DNA of 64,000 nucleotides from an uncultured Gemmatimonadales bacterium (GTDB lineage Bacteria > Gemmatimonadota > Gemmatimonadetes > Gemmatimonadales > GWC2-71-9). Both the position numbers and the translations under genes were made by a program. The stretch's first letter is position 1. The number at the start of each line of letters is the position of its first letter. Shown here one piece after another: positions 47,143 through 55,711 of this stretch. The stretch spans positions 1,946,855-2,010,854 of the forward strand of contig CAVQSR010000001.1 of the NCBI GenBank assembly GCA_963716055.1, written 5' to 3'. The notes beneath the pieces were generated by a model. That model saw only the letters and a list, made by a program, of their open reading frames with translations, was not told where the DNA came from and ran no database searches.

Positions 47143-48251
47143 CGGCGAAACCTCAGGACGGCGGCGAGGCCGTCCACCGCCTTGCGGGCGCCGGGATCGT
47201 ACACCACGTCGATCTGCGCGCGCTGGGCGAGCGCGTCCTCCACGGCATCGTCGATCCGCGGGTCCTCGGCCTGCCCGTCGGCCAGCAGCAGCCGCACCTG
47301 GCCGCGGTGCAACGCTTTCAGCGTGCTCTCGATGCCGTTCACAGCCCAGCCGACCGGCGTGTTCTCTTTCACGCTCGCGGCATGCGTGCGCTCCCACGCC
47401 CGCTCGCGCTCCTCGCGCAGCGCCAGGGCGGCATCGCGCACCTCGGCGGGACTGACCTGCTTGGGGTTCAGCTTGACGACCCCGAGCAGCTGATCATGTA
47501 GGCCGGTGTGGAGATGCGGCATCACCGCCGCGGCGTCGACGCCGACCCCGGCGAGCACCACGCCCGCGAGGGGGTGCCGCGTGCTGAGCTGGAACAGCTC
47601 GTCGGCCACGCGCGCGTAGTGGCGCTGCTTTTCCTCGCGGATGCGGTTGTTGTAGTTGTGCTCGCCGAAGCCACCCGACGGATAGCCGCCGCGGACGGCC
47701 TGCCGATCGCCGTGGAACTTGCCGGCCCGCGTCGGGGCCGGCGCGGGCAGCGCCGGGCGCTCGACGACGTCGAAGGCCGTGACCTCGAACAACCGCGCGC
47801 CCCGCCGGTCGCACACGGCGACCGCGATCGTGCCGACCTCTTCCTCGAGCGCGACGAGCTCGCGGATCAGTGGCGTCTCGGTGACCGCCAGCCGCGAGCG
47901 GTGCACCTGCGGCAAGGCGAACACCTCGAACAGGCGCAACGGCTGGCATGCGAACAGCGCCACGCCGCGCGCCGCCGGCAGCCGCCCGGGCTCCTCCAGG
48001 TACCGCAGCACCCGAGTGAGATCGGCGGCAACCTGCTCGCGCTGGTCGCGTTCGAGCGGCTGGCGCGCGAGCGCGGTGAGCGTCTCGCGCACGCGGTTCT
48101 TCATCTTGATCAGGTACTTCCCGCGCGTCTTGTCGCGCGGCTCGAGCTTGAGATAGCACGACACCACGCGGTAGGCGCCGGGCTGGATGGTCGCGAGCCG
48201 GGCAACCGCGGCTCGCACTTTCGCCGGAGTCAATACAGTGGGCAGGGTCAT
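47139..48251 (-). CDS. eRF1/Pelota-like (bacterial baeRF-type) protein, 370 aa
   Basis: [10 protein letters not shown]...[20 protein letters not shown]...[12 protein letters not shown]...[19 protein letters not shown] parallels eukaryotic eRF1 as I recall it ([30 protein letters not shown]...VAGLVLAGSADF...GVEDTLKALEMGAVEILIV). Confidence 0.72.
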   Translation of the reverse strand: MTLPTVLTPAKVRAAVARLATIQPGAYRVVSCYLKLEPRDKTRGKYLIKMKNRVRETLTALARQPLERDQREQVAADLTRVLRYLEEPGRLPAARGVALFACQPLRLFEVFALPQVHRSRLAVTETPLIRELVALEEEVGTIAVAVCDRRGARLFEVTAFDVVERPALPAPAPTRAGKFHGDRQAVRGGYPSGGFGEHNYNNRIREEKQRHYARVADELFQLSTRHPLAGVVLAGVGVDAAAVMPHLHTGLHDQLLGVVKLNPKQVSPAEVRDAALALREERERAWERTHAASVKENTPVGWAVNGIESTLKALHRGQVRLLLADGQAEDPRIDDAVEDALAQRAQIDVVYDPGARKAVDGLAAVLRFRR

Positions 48252-48254
48252 CGC

Positions 48255-49817
48255 TCAGAAAAAGACCGGCTCGCGATAGGCGCCGTAGACCGCCTCCAGC
48301 GCGTGCCGGATCTCGAACAGGGTGCAATAGGCGCGAGCACAATTCAGCATCGGCTCGATCACGTTATGCTCGCCGAGCGCGGCCTGGCGCAGCTCCTCGA
48401 GACGGCGGTCGACGAGCGACTGGTCGCGCTCCGCCCGCAAGCGGGCAAGGCGGCGGCGCTGACTGTCTTCCGCGTCGTTGGAGACGCGGAGGACTTCGAC
48501 GGGATGGTCGTCCTCGGCGAGGAACTCGTTCACGCCGACGATCACCTGCCGGCCGTCCTCGACCCCCCGCTGGAATTCCGCCGCCGATCGCGCGATCTGC
48601 CGCTGGAACCACCCGCCCTCGATTCCCCGCACGACGCCCCCGACCGACTGAATCTCGGCGAACAGGGCCTCGGCTTCGCGCTCGAGCTGATCGGTGAGCG
48701 CCTCGACGTAGTACGACCCGCCCAGCGGGTCGATGACGTCGGGCACACCCGTCTCGTGCGCGAGGATCTGCTGCGTCCGCAACGCGACTTGCACGGCCTG
48801 CTCCGTCGGCAGGGCCAGCGTCTCGTCCAACGAGTTCGTGTGGAGCGACTGGGTTCCGCCGAGCACGGCGGCGAGCGCCTGGTAGGCGACGCGCACGATG
48901 TTGTTGAGCGGCTGCTGCGCCGTCAGGGTGACGCCGGCCGTCTGCGAATGGAACCGCATCATCCACGAGCGCGGCTCCTGGGCGCCGTAGCGATCGCGCA
49001 TATGCCGGGCCCAGATGCGCCGGGCCGCTCGCAACTTCGCGATCTCCTCGAAGAAGTCGTTGTGAATGTCCCAGAAAAACGACAGGCGCGACGCAAAGTC
49101 GTCCACGTTCAGACCGCGCGCGATGCCACGCTCCACGTAGGTGAATCCGTTCGCCAACGTGAAGGCGAGCTCCTGGGCGGCCGTGGCGCCCGCCTCGCGG
49201 ATGTGGTAGCCCGAAATGGAGATGGTGTTCCACTGCGGGACATGGTGCGGCGCCCACTCGAAGATGTCGACGATGACCTTCAGGGCCGGCTCGACGGGAA
49301 AGAGCCAGGCGTGCTGCGCCATGTACTCCTTGAGAATGTCGTTCTGAATGGTCCCCCGCAGCCGCTCGCTCGTGATCCCCTGACGCTCCGCGGCGGCGAC
49401 GTAGAAGCAGAACAGCATGGCCGCCGGGCCGTTGATCGTCATCGACGTCGAGACTTGATCCAGCGGAATGCCGCGGAACAGGTCCTCCATGTCGGCCAGG
49501 CTCGAGATCGCGACACCGCACCGGCCCACTTCGCCCTCGGCGCGGGGGTGGTCGGAGTCGTAGCCCATCAGCGTCGGAAAATCGAAGGCAACCGACAGAC
49601 CGGTCTGCCCGTGCTCGAGCAGGAACTTGTACCGCTGGTTGGTGTCGGCGGCGGTGCCGAAGCCCGCGAACTGGCGCATCGTCCACACGCGTCCGCCGTA
49701 CATCGTCTCGTGAATCCCGCGCGTGAACGGGAACTCCCCCGGGGCGCCCAGTTGACGGGCGGCGTCGAAACCGTCCAGGTCGGCGGGGCCGTACACCGGC
49801 CGTTTGTCGTTCCTCAT
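48255..49817 (-). CDS. methylmalonyl-CoA mutase, large (catalytic) subunit, 520 aa
   Basis: [44 protein letters not shown] and [16 protein letters not shown] at 49817 overlaps the meaB stop (ATGA). Confidence 0.92.
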   Translation of the reverse strand: MRNDKRPVYGPADLDGFDAARQLGAPGEFPFTRGIHETMYGGRVWTMRQFAGFGTAADTNQRYKFLLEHGQTGLSVAFDFPTLMGYDSDHPRAEGEVGRCGVAISSLADMEDLFRGIPLDQVSTSMTINGPAAMLFCFYVAAAERQGITSERLRGTIQNDILKEYMAQHAWLFPVEPALKVIVDIFEWAPHHVPQWNTISISGYHIREAGATAAQELAFTLANGFTYVERGIARGLNVDDFASRLSFFWDIHNDFFEEIAKLRAARRIWARHMRDRYGAQEPRSWMMRFHSQTAGVTLTAQQPLNNIVRVAYQALAAVLGGTQSLHTNSLDETLALPTEQAVQVALRTQQILAHETGVPDVIDPLGGSYYVEALTDQLEREAEALFAEIQSVGGVVRGIEGGWFQRQIARSAAEFQRGVEDGRQVIVGVNEFLAEDDHPVEVLRVSNDAEDSQRRRLARLRAERDQSLVDRRLEELRQAALGEHNVIEPMLNCARAYCTLFEIRHALEAVYGAYREPVFF

Positions 49818-50881
49818 CGCGTCACCCCGGTCTTGATCTGCTCCACGATTTCCGCGGCCACGTCGTACGGACTGCGGCGCCCCTGCGCGACGTCGTCGAT
49901 CCGGGCCGCGAGCATGTCGTCGGCCCGGGTCTCTTGCCAGGTCCACAGCCGCACGGCGCGTTCCACCGCGGCGCGGGTCCGCTCCACCAGCCGGCGGCGG
50001 CGGCGCTCGGTCAGCCGCCCGCTGCTCTCGAGAAACGCATGGTGGCGGTCGAGCGCGTCGGCCAGCACCGGAACGCCGTCACCGCTCAGGGCCACCGCGG
50101 CCAGCACCGGCGGCTCCCAGTGCGAGCCGTCGGGCGAGCGCGCGGGTCGCATGGGGTCCGCCTGACCGCCGGGCCGCCCGTCCGCCGCGGGCTGGGGCCG
50201 GTGGTGCGGTCCCACGTGGCGAAACGCGTTACCGCGCCGGATCCCCAGCATGACTTCGATCTCCTGGCGCAGCCGGTCCGCACCCGGACGGTCCGCCTTG
50301 TTGACCACGAAGATGTCCGCCGCCTCCATGATCCCCGCTTTCAGCGTCTGAATGCCGTCGCCCGATTCCGGCACCAGCACCAGCACGGTGGATTCCGCGG
50401 TCCGGGCGACGTCGAGCTCGGTCTGGCCGACGCCGACGGTCTCGATCAGGATGCGCTCGAACCCGTAGGCGTCGAGCACGTCGGCGACCTCTTCGGTCGT
50501 GATGGCCAGACCCCCGAGGGAGCCTCGGGTCGCCATCGAGCGGATGAAGACACCGGGGTCGGTGCTCACCGACTCCATCCTGATGCGATCGCCCAACAGG
50601 GCCCCGCCCGTGTACGGGCTGGTCGGGTCCACGGCCACCACGGCCACGGTGCGTCCCGCGTCGCGGTAGTGCCGAATGAGTCGCTCGGTGAGCGTGCTCT
50701 TCCCCGCTCCCGGAGGTCCCGTGATGCCGACGCGGCGGGCACCCCGACGGCCGACCCGCCCGTGGACGTGGGACAGGATCCGTTCGAACCCGTCCCGCTG
50801 GTTCTCCACGAGGCTGATCGCGCGCGCCAGGGCCGCTGAGTCGCCCCGGTCGATTCCATCCAGCACGGCTTGCAGGTGCAT
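49814..50881 (-). CDS. meaB: methylmalonyl-CoA mutase-associated GTPase MeaB/ArgK
   Basis: [43 protein letters not shown] and VVNKADR. Confidence 0.9.
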   Translation of the reverse strand: MHLQAVLDGIDRGDSAALARAISLVENQRDGFERILSHVHGRVGRRGARRVGITGPPGAGKSTLTERLIRHYRDAGRTVAVVAVDPTSPYTGGALLGDRIRMESVSTDPGVFIRSMATRGSLGGLAITTEEVADVLDAYGFERILIETVGVGQTELDVARTAESTVLVLVPESGDGIQTLKAGIMEAADIFVVNKADRPGADRLRQEIEVMLGIRRGNAFRHVGPHHRPQPAADGRPGGQADPMRPARSPDGSHWEPPVLAAVALSGDGVPVLADALDRHHAFLESSGRLTERRRRRLVERTRAAVERAVRLWTWQETRADDMLAARIDDVAQGRRSPYDVAAEIVEQIKTGVTR

Positions 50882-50920
50882 GCGTGATCGCGTCCGTCTG
50901 CAAAGATAACCGCGGGCGGC

Positions 50921-52261
50921 CTACAGGAGCATGGTGGCGCCCAGACCCAGCAGCAGTCCGAAGCCGCAGACGTCGGTGAACGCCGTCACGAACACCGAGC
51001 TGGCGATGGCCGGATCGACACCGACGCGCTCGAGGAGCACCGGGATGAACGCTCCGGCGAACCCCGCCACCACGAGGTTGCCCCACATCGCGAGGAGCAC
51101 GACGGCACCCAGCATGCCCCCCTCCCCCAGGAAGGACGCGATGACCGCGACCACGAGTCCGGCCACGAGTCCGTTCACCACGCCGACCAGCATCTCCTTC
51201 CCGATGATGGACGTCGCGCGGTGCCGGGGCACCTGGCGCAGGGCGAGGCGCCGCACGGTCACCGCAAGGGCCTGGGTGCCCGCGTTCCCGCCCATGCCGG
51301 CGATGACGGGCATCCACACCGCGAGCAACACGATTCGGCTGAGGGTGTGACGGAACGCATACACGACCAGCGCGGCGAGCGACGCCGTCAGGAGGTTGAG
51401 GAGCAGCCACGGCAGGCGGCTCCGCACGGCGTCGTGCCACGGCGCCGCGAGCGCTTCCTCCGGATCGACGCCGCCGAATTTGAGCAGATCCTCGGTGGTC
51501 TCCGCCTCGACCACGTCGATCACGTCGTCGAAGGTGACGCGGCCGAGGAGCCGCTGGGCGGCATCCACGACGGGGACCGCGGGGACATTGTAGCGGGCGA
51601 TGACGCGGGCGACCTGTTCCTGGTCCTGCTCCGGCCGCACGACGGCGGCGGGCGGCACCATCACGTCACGCACCCGGCGTTGCGGCGACGCGACGACGAG
51701 GCGGGCGATCGGGATCGTCCCGACGAGCCGGCGGGTCCCGTCCACGGCGTAGATGTCGTACGGCTCGTCGTCCTCGCCGCTCTGCCGGCGGATCTCTTCG
51801 ATGGCTTCGCCGAGCGTCGCGTCCTGATCCACGGCGACGACGTCCGTGGTCATGAGCCCGCCGGCGGAGTCGTCCGGGTAGGTGAGCAGGCGCTCGACTT
51901 CGCCCCGGTCCTGCACCTCGGCGAGGACCGCTTCCCGGTCGTCCGGCCGCAGCTCCGCGATGATGTCCGCCGCGTCGTCGCTCGCCAGCTCTTCGACCAG
52001 CTCGGCGGCGTATCCGGGCCCCACCGCCAGCAGGATCTCCTCGGGGTGCTCGCCCGCTTCCATCTCCGCGAGCGCGGCCGACGCGACGTCGGGCGGCAGC
52101 TCCGCCACCGCGCGCACCCGCGTCGCTTCATCCAGGGCCGCGAGGACGTCGGCAAGGTCGGATGGATGGAACCGCGGCGCGCGCGCGACGAACGCCGCAA
52201 GATCGTCTCGCTCGGCGAGCGCCCGCAGCTCGTCGAGTCGCAGATCCGGCGTGTCGTTCAC
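50921..52261 (-). CDS. mgtE: magnesium transporter MgtE (446 aa)
   Basis: MgtE N-domain (HPSDLADVLAAL), CBS pair (VMVPPAAVVRPE.., YNVPAVPVVD) and TM domain (PVIAGMGGNAGTQALAV). GTG at 52261 overlaps the upstream stop (GTGA). Confidence 0.9.
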   Translation of the reverse strand: MNDTPDLRLDELRALAERDDLAAFVARAPRFHPSDLADVLAALDEATRVRAVAELPPDVASAALAEMEAGEHPEEILLAVGPGYAAELVEELASDDAADIIAELRPDDREAVLAEVQDRGEVERLLTYPDDSAGGLMTTDVVAVDQDATLGEAIEEIRRQSGEDDEPYDIYAVDGTRRLVGTIPIARLVVASPQRRVRDVMVPPAAVVRPEQDQEQVARVIARYNVPAVPVVDAAQRLLGRVTFDDVIDVVEAETTEDLLKFGGVDPEEALAAPWHDAVRSRLPWLLLNLLTASLAALVVYAFRHTLSRIVLLAVWMPVIAGMGGNAGTQALAVTVRRLALRQVPRHRATSIIGKEMLVGVVNGLVAGLVVAVIASFLGEGGMLGAVVLLAMWGNLVVAGFAGAFIPVLLERVGVDPAIASSVFVTAFTDVCGFGLLLGLGATMLL

Positions 52262-52911
52262 GATTGGGGCCGGCGCAGTAAGGCCTGCAGGTCGAGCCCT
52301 TCGGCGCGCACCGGTCCGCCCGCGTGGGGCAATACCACGCCGCCCGACAGGAGCAGCTTCATCCCATCCTCCACCGACAGGTCGAGCGGGCGGGTCTGGC
52401 TGACGGGCACGACCAGCACCCAACCAGTCGTGGGATTGGGCGTTGAGGCGAGGAAGACGTGCACGCACGGCTCGCCCAGCACCGCTTCGGCAAACGGGCT
52501 GTGCTCGGAGGTGACCCACCCGATGGCCCAGGTGCGCTCGCTCGGGTACGGGATGAGGACGGTGCGCAGGAAGATGCGCCGCTTCTCACCCATGAACGTC
52601 TGCACGATCTGCGACGACGCGTTGTAGATCATGGCGGTGAGCGGGAACCGCGCGAGGAACCGGTTCCATACCGCGATCAGCTCATGCCCGATGGCGTAGT
52701 GGGCGATCCAGCCGAGCAGCAGGACCGTGAGCAACAGCAGCAACAGGCCCAGGCCCGGAACGTTGCGCCCGAGGATGTCGCGCAGCGTGCTGCCCAGGAT
52801 CGCGTCGAGGGTGCGGAACAGCCAGCTCAGAATGAGGATCGTCGCGCCGAGCGGCGCGACCACCACGAGTCCCGTCAGGAAGTAGCGGCGCAGACGCCGC
52901 CGGGCGCTCAC
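52258..52911 (-). CDS. DUF502 domain membrane protein
   Basis: 217 aa with RRYFLTGLVVVAPLGATILILSWLF...IPGLGLLL and ...PNPTTGWVLVVP, the typical DUF502 pattern. Confidence 0.78.
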   Translation of the reverse strand: MSARRRLRRYFLTGLVVVAPLGATILILSWLFRTLDAILGSTLRDILGRNVPGLGLLLLLLTVLLLGWIAHYAIGHELIAVWNRFLARFPLTAMIYNASSQIVQTFMGEKRRIFLRTVLIPYPSERTWAIGWVTSEHSPFAEAVLGEPCVHVFLASTPNPTTGWVLVVPVSQTRPLDLSVEDGMKLLLSGGVVLPHAGGPVRAEGLDLQALLRRPQS

Positions 52912-54107
52912 GCGTCGTGCCCCGGGTCGAGGGAGATCGCGCGCACCGGTCCACGCCGCACCGCGATCCGCTCCACCCTGGTGGCGCCCGCTTCGAGCAC
53001 GTCGAACTCGAGGCCGCCCAGCAGCAACCGCTCTCCCGCTCGCGGGATGCGCCCGAGATGCTGGGCGAGCAGGCCGCCCAGGGTGCGCACCTCACGCGAG
53101 CCGAGCGTGACCTCGAACCGCTCGGCGAGGACCGTGACGTCGGCACTGCCGGCGAACTCCACCACCTCGGGCCGCGGCGCGCCCGCCTGCGCGGCGTCCG
53201 CGGGCTCGTCGAACACGTCGGCCACCAGGTTGCGCAGCAGGTCGTCGAAGGTCACGAGCCCCGCGGTGCCGCCGTACTCGTCCAGCACGACCGCCAGATG
53301 GCCGTGCCCCCGTTGCATCTCCCGCAACATGTCACCGCTGCGGGTGGTCGCGGGCACGAGCAGCGCGGGCCGCACCGGGATCGGCTCATCGGGCTGGTGG
53401 CGGAGGAGATCGAAGGCGTGTACCACGCCCACGATGTCGTCCAACGACTCCCGGTACACCGGATAGCGGCTGAAGCCGGACTGCCCCAGCACGTGCGCGG
53501 CTTCGCCGGTGAGCAGTCCCTCGGGGAGCGCCACGATCTCGGTGCGCGGCGTCATCACTTCGCGGACCGGGCGATCGGTAAACGCCAGGACGCCCGAGAC
53601 GATCGTCAGCTCGGCGCTGGTCGCGAGGGCGTGCGTGTTCGTGCCCGACAGCACGGCGGCCAGCGCGGAGCGCGGGGAGGAGTCGCGCGCCGGAAGCAGC
53701 GGCGCCAGCCACCGGGCGGCCCGGTCCATCCACGGCACGGCGCGGCGCGCCAGGGGCTCGGCCCAGCGCCGCCCCACGAATCGGGGAATCAGATAGGCGC
53801 TGGCCAGGAAGACCGGGATCGCCACCAGCACGACGCCGGCGCTCAGCGCCAGCGGCACGTCCGACCAGGCGGTCGCGGCGAGCGCCGCGGCGGCGAGAAT
53901 GAGCCCGAGCGTGGCGAGCGCATTCGCGGTCGCGACCAGCCGTCCGGGGTTGTCCCGCAGCTGGTCCGCCCCGTCCGCGCCCCGCAGCCGGTAATGCACC
54001 CATCGCGTCAGCTCGAGCTGGCTCACCGTGGCGGCGGCGACGCCGATGGCGGCCGCCCAGACGGCGAGCACGAGGCCGAAGCCCGCCCCGAGCACGAAGC
54101 CCATCAT
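52908..54107 (-). CDS. CNNM/CorC-type hemolysin family protein (DUF21-CBS-CorC_HlyC)
   Basis: 399 aa. REVMTPRTEIVAL, SRYPVYRESLDDIVGVVH, LAVVLDEYGGTAGLVTFDDLL and a C-terminal transporter-associated domain. Confidence 0.85.
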   Translation of the reverse strand: MMGFVLGAGFGLVLAVWAAAIGVAAATVSQLELTRWVHYRLRGADGADQLRDNPGRLVATANALATLGLILAAAALAATAWSDVPLALSAGVVLVAIPVFLASAYLIPRFVGRRWAEPLARRAVPWMDRAARWLAPLLPARDSSPRSALAAVLSGTNTHALATSAELTIVSGVLAFTDRPVREVMTPRTEIVALPEGLLTGEAAHVLGQSGFSRYPVYRESLDDIVGVVHAFDLLRHQPDEPIPVRPALLVPATTRSGDMLREMQRGHGHLAVVLDEYGGTAGLVTFDDLLRNLVADVFDEPADAAQAGAPRPEVVEFAGSADVTVLAERFEVTLGSREVRTLGGLLAQHLGRIPRAGERLLLGGLEFDVLEAGATRVERIAVRRGPVRAISLDPGHDA

Positions 54108-55285
54108 GCGCGCTCCACCCGAACGCGCGCGACCCGCCGCCGGTCCACCCGCTCGACCACGATCCGGAAGCCGTTCAGCGTCAGATCGTCGCCGGCGCGT
54201 GGCACCCGTCCCAGCACCGAGTACACGAGACCGCCCACGGTGCTCACCTCAGGATGGCTGAAGGAATGCCCGATCGCATCGGACAGGTCATCGAGCGTAA
54301 CCCGGCCGTCCACGACGAAGCGCGCCCCCTCGCGTTGAATGGCGGGCTCTACGGCGTCATCCCGCTCGTCGCGAATTTCTCCGACGATTTCCTCGAGCAC
54401 GTCTTCCAGAGTGACGAGGCCCGACGTCCCGCCGAATTCGTCCACCACGACGGCGAGGTGCGCGGGTCCATGCCGGAAATCGCGCAGCTGGCCATCGAGG
54501 GTCTTGGTCTCCGGGACGAAGCTGGCGGGACGCACCAGGTCCTGCCAGCGTCGACCCGGTTCCGCCGTACCCATGGTCAGCGGCAGCAGATCCTTCACGA
54601 ACAGCACGCCGACGATGTTGTCGGGGGTGCCGTCGAACACGGGGAGACGCGTGTGCTCGTGCTGGCGCACGAGATCGAGGATCTCCTCGGTCGTGGCGCT
54701 CACGTCTACGGCGGCCATGTCGAGCCGGGACGTCATGATCTCGTCGACCGTCGTGTCGGCGAGCGTGAACACGCCGAGCAGCATGTCGCGCTCCGTGGTC
54801 CCGAGCGTCGGGCGGAGCACGGGGTCCCCCTGCCCCGCCCGCGCCAGGCGGCGGTCCATCGTCTCCAGGGCCCACGCCAGGGGCCAGAACAGCCACAACG
54901 AGCGTCGCGCGAGCCGCAGGGCGGCGTCGGCGAGCTCGGGCGCCAGGCGAGCCGCGGCCCGGGGCAGCGTGTCGCCGACGACGAACACGAAGAGCACGGT
55001 GGCCAGCAGCAGGAACGTGGCAGCCGCCGGGCCGCGCACGGCCAGGTGGACCGCCCCCATGCCCGCCACCGTGCCCAGCACGAGCAGCGCGAGCCGGCCG
55101 ATGTGCAGCGCGAGGTGCAGCCGCAAGCGCCGGCCCCCGGCCCCCGGCGGGTCCCCCAGGGCGCGGAGCGTGTCGGCGAGGCTCGCCTCCTCGGCGAACG
55201 CGAGCAGGGCCGCCCATGCCAGCGCGGCGGCGGCGAGGGCGAGCGGCGCGGTGAGCGCCAGCCAGTCGCCGACGGGTCCGCTCAT
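54104..55285 (-). CDS. CNNM/CorC-type hemolysin family protein (second copy, 393 aa)
   Basis: VDEIMTSRLDMAAV, TRLPVFDGTPDNIVGVLFVKD and LAVVVDEFGGTSGLVTLEDVLEEIVGEI. ATG at 55285 overlaps the ybeY stop (ATGA). Confidence 0.85.
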   Translation of the reverse strand: MSGPVGDWLALTAPLALAAAALAWAALLAFAEEASLADTLRALGDPPGAGGRRLRLHLALHIGRLALLVLGTVAGMGAVHLAVRGPAAATFLLLATVLFVFVVGDTLPRAAARLAPELADAALRLARRSLWLFWPLAWALETMDRRLARAGQGDPVLRPTLGTTERDMLLGVFTLADTTVDEIMTSRLDMAAVDVSATTEEILDLVRQHEHTRLPVFDGTPDNIVGVLFVKDLLPLTMGTAEPGRRWQDLVRPASFVPETKTLDGQLRDFRHGPAHLAVVVDEFGGTSGLVTLEDVLEEIVGEIRDERDDAVEPAIQREGARFVVDGRVTLDDLSDAIGHSFSHPEVSTVGGLVYSVLGRVPRAGDDLTLNGFRIVVERVDRRRVARVRVERA

Positions 55286-55695
55286 CGCCGTCTCCCCCGC
55301 CCCCCCCGGCCGCCCCGGCCCCGGTGCAGCAGCCGACGCACGTACCGCTCCTGGAGCCGCCACATCGCCGAGCGCGTGCGGCCCACGCCGTCGGGATGAT
55401 CGTAGCCGAGGACGTGCAGGGTGCCGTGGACGACGAGCCGGACCAGCTCCTCCTCCAGGGTGGCGGGCCGGGCGCGGTCGGCGTCGGCGATCCAGCCAGC
55501 GGCGGCCGCCGGGCAGACGTAGACGTCGCCCAACAATCCGCCGTCGGGCAACGGGAGGCCGTAGGCGATCACGTCGGTGAGCGCCCGCCGCCCGGTGGCG
55601 CGGCGGTTGAGTCGCCGCATGGCGAGCGGCTCGAGGAGGGTGACCTCCACGCGCGTACGACGGGCGCCCTCCCAGGCCACCACGTGCCGGGCCAC
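55282..55695 (-). CDS. ybeY: rRNA maturation endoribonuclease YbeY
   Basis: TDVIAYGL and LVVHGTLHVLGYDH (the H..H.....H zinc site). The start is placed at GTG 55695, 16 nt after the upstream stop. ATG 55773 would overlap that gene by 62 nt. Confidence 0.82.
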   Translation of the reverse strand: MARHVVAWEGARRTRVEVTLLEPLAMRRLNRRATGRRALTDVIAYGLPLPDGGLLGDVYVCPAAAAGWIADADRARPATLEEELVRLVVHGTLHVLGYDHPDGVGRTRSAMWRLQERYVRRLLHRGRGGRGGRGRRR

Positions 55696-55711
55696 GCGAT
55701 CGAGCCGGCGC

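Noticed and set aside
50892-50899. A single copy of the nonamer core (GTCCGTCT; minus-strand AGACGGAC) sits 11-19 nt upstream of the meaB start, after a TATCTT box.
   Set aside because: Isolated GACGGAC heptamers also occur inside coding regions (for example at about 37251, 47082 and 12254). That is about the frequency expected by chance in GC-rich DNA, so one copy is not evidence of function.
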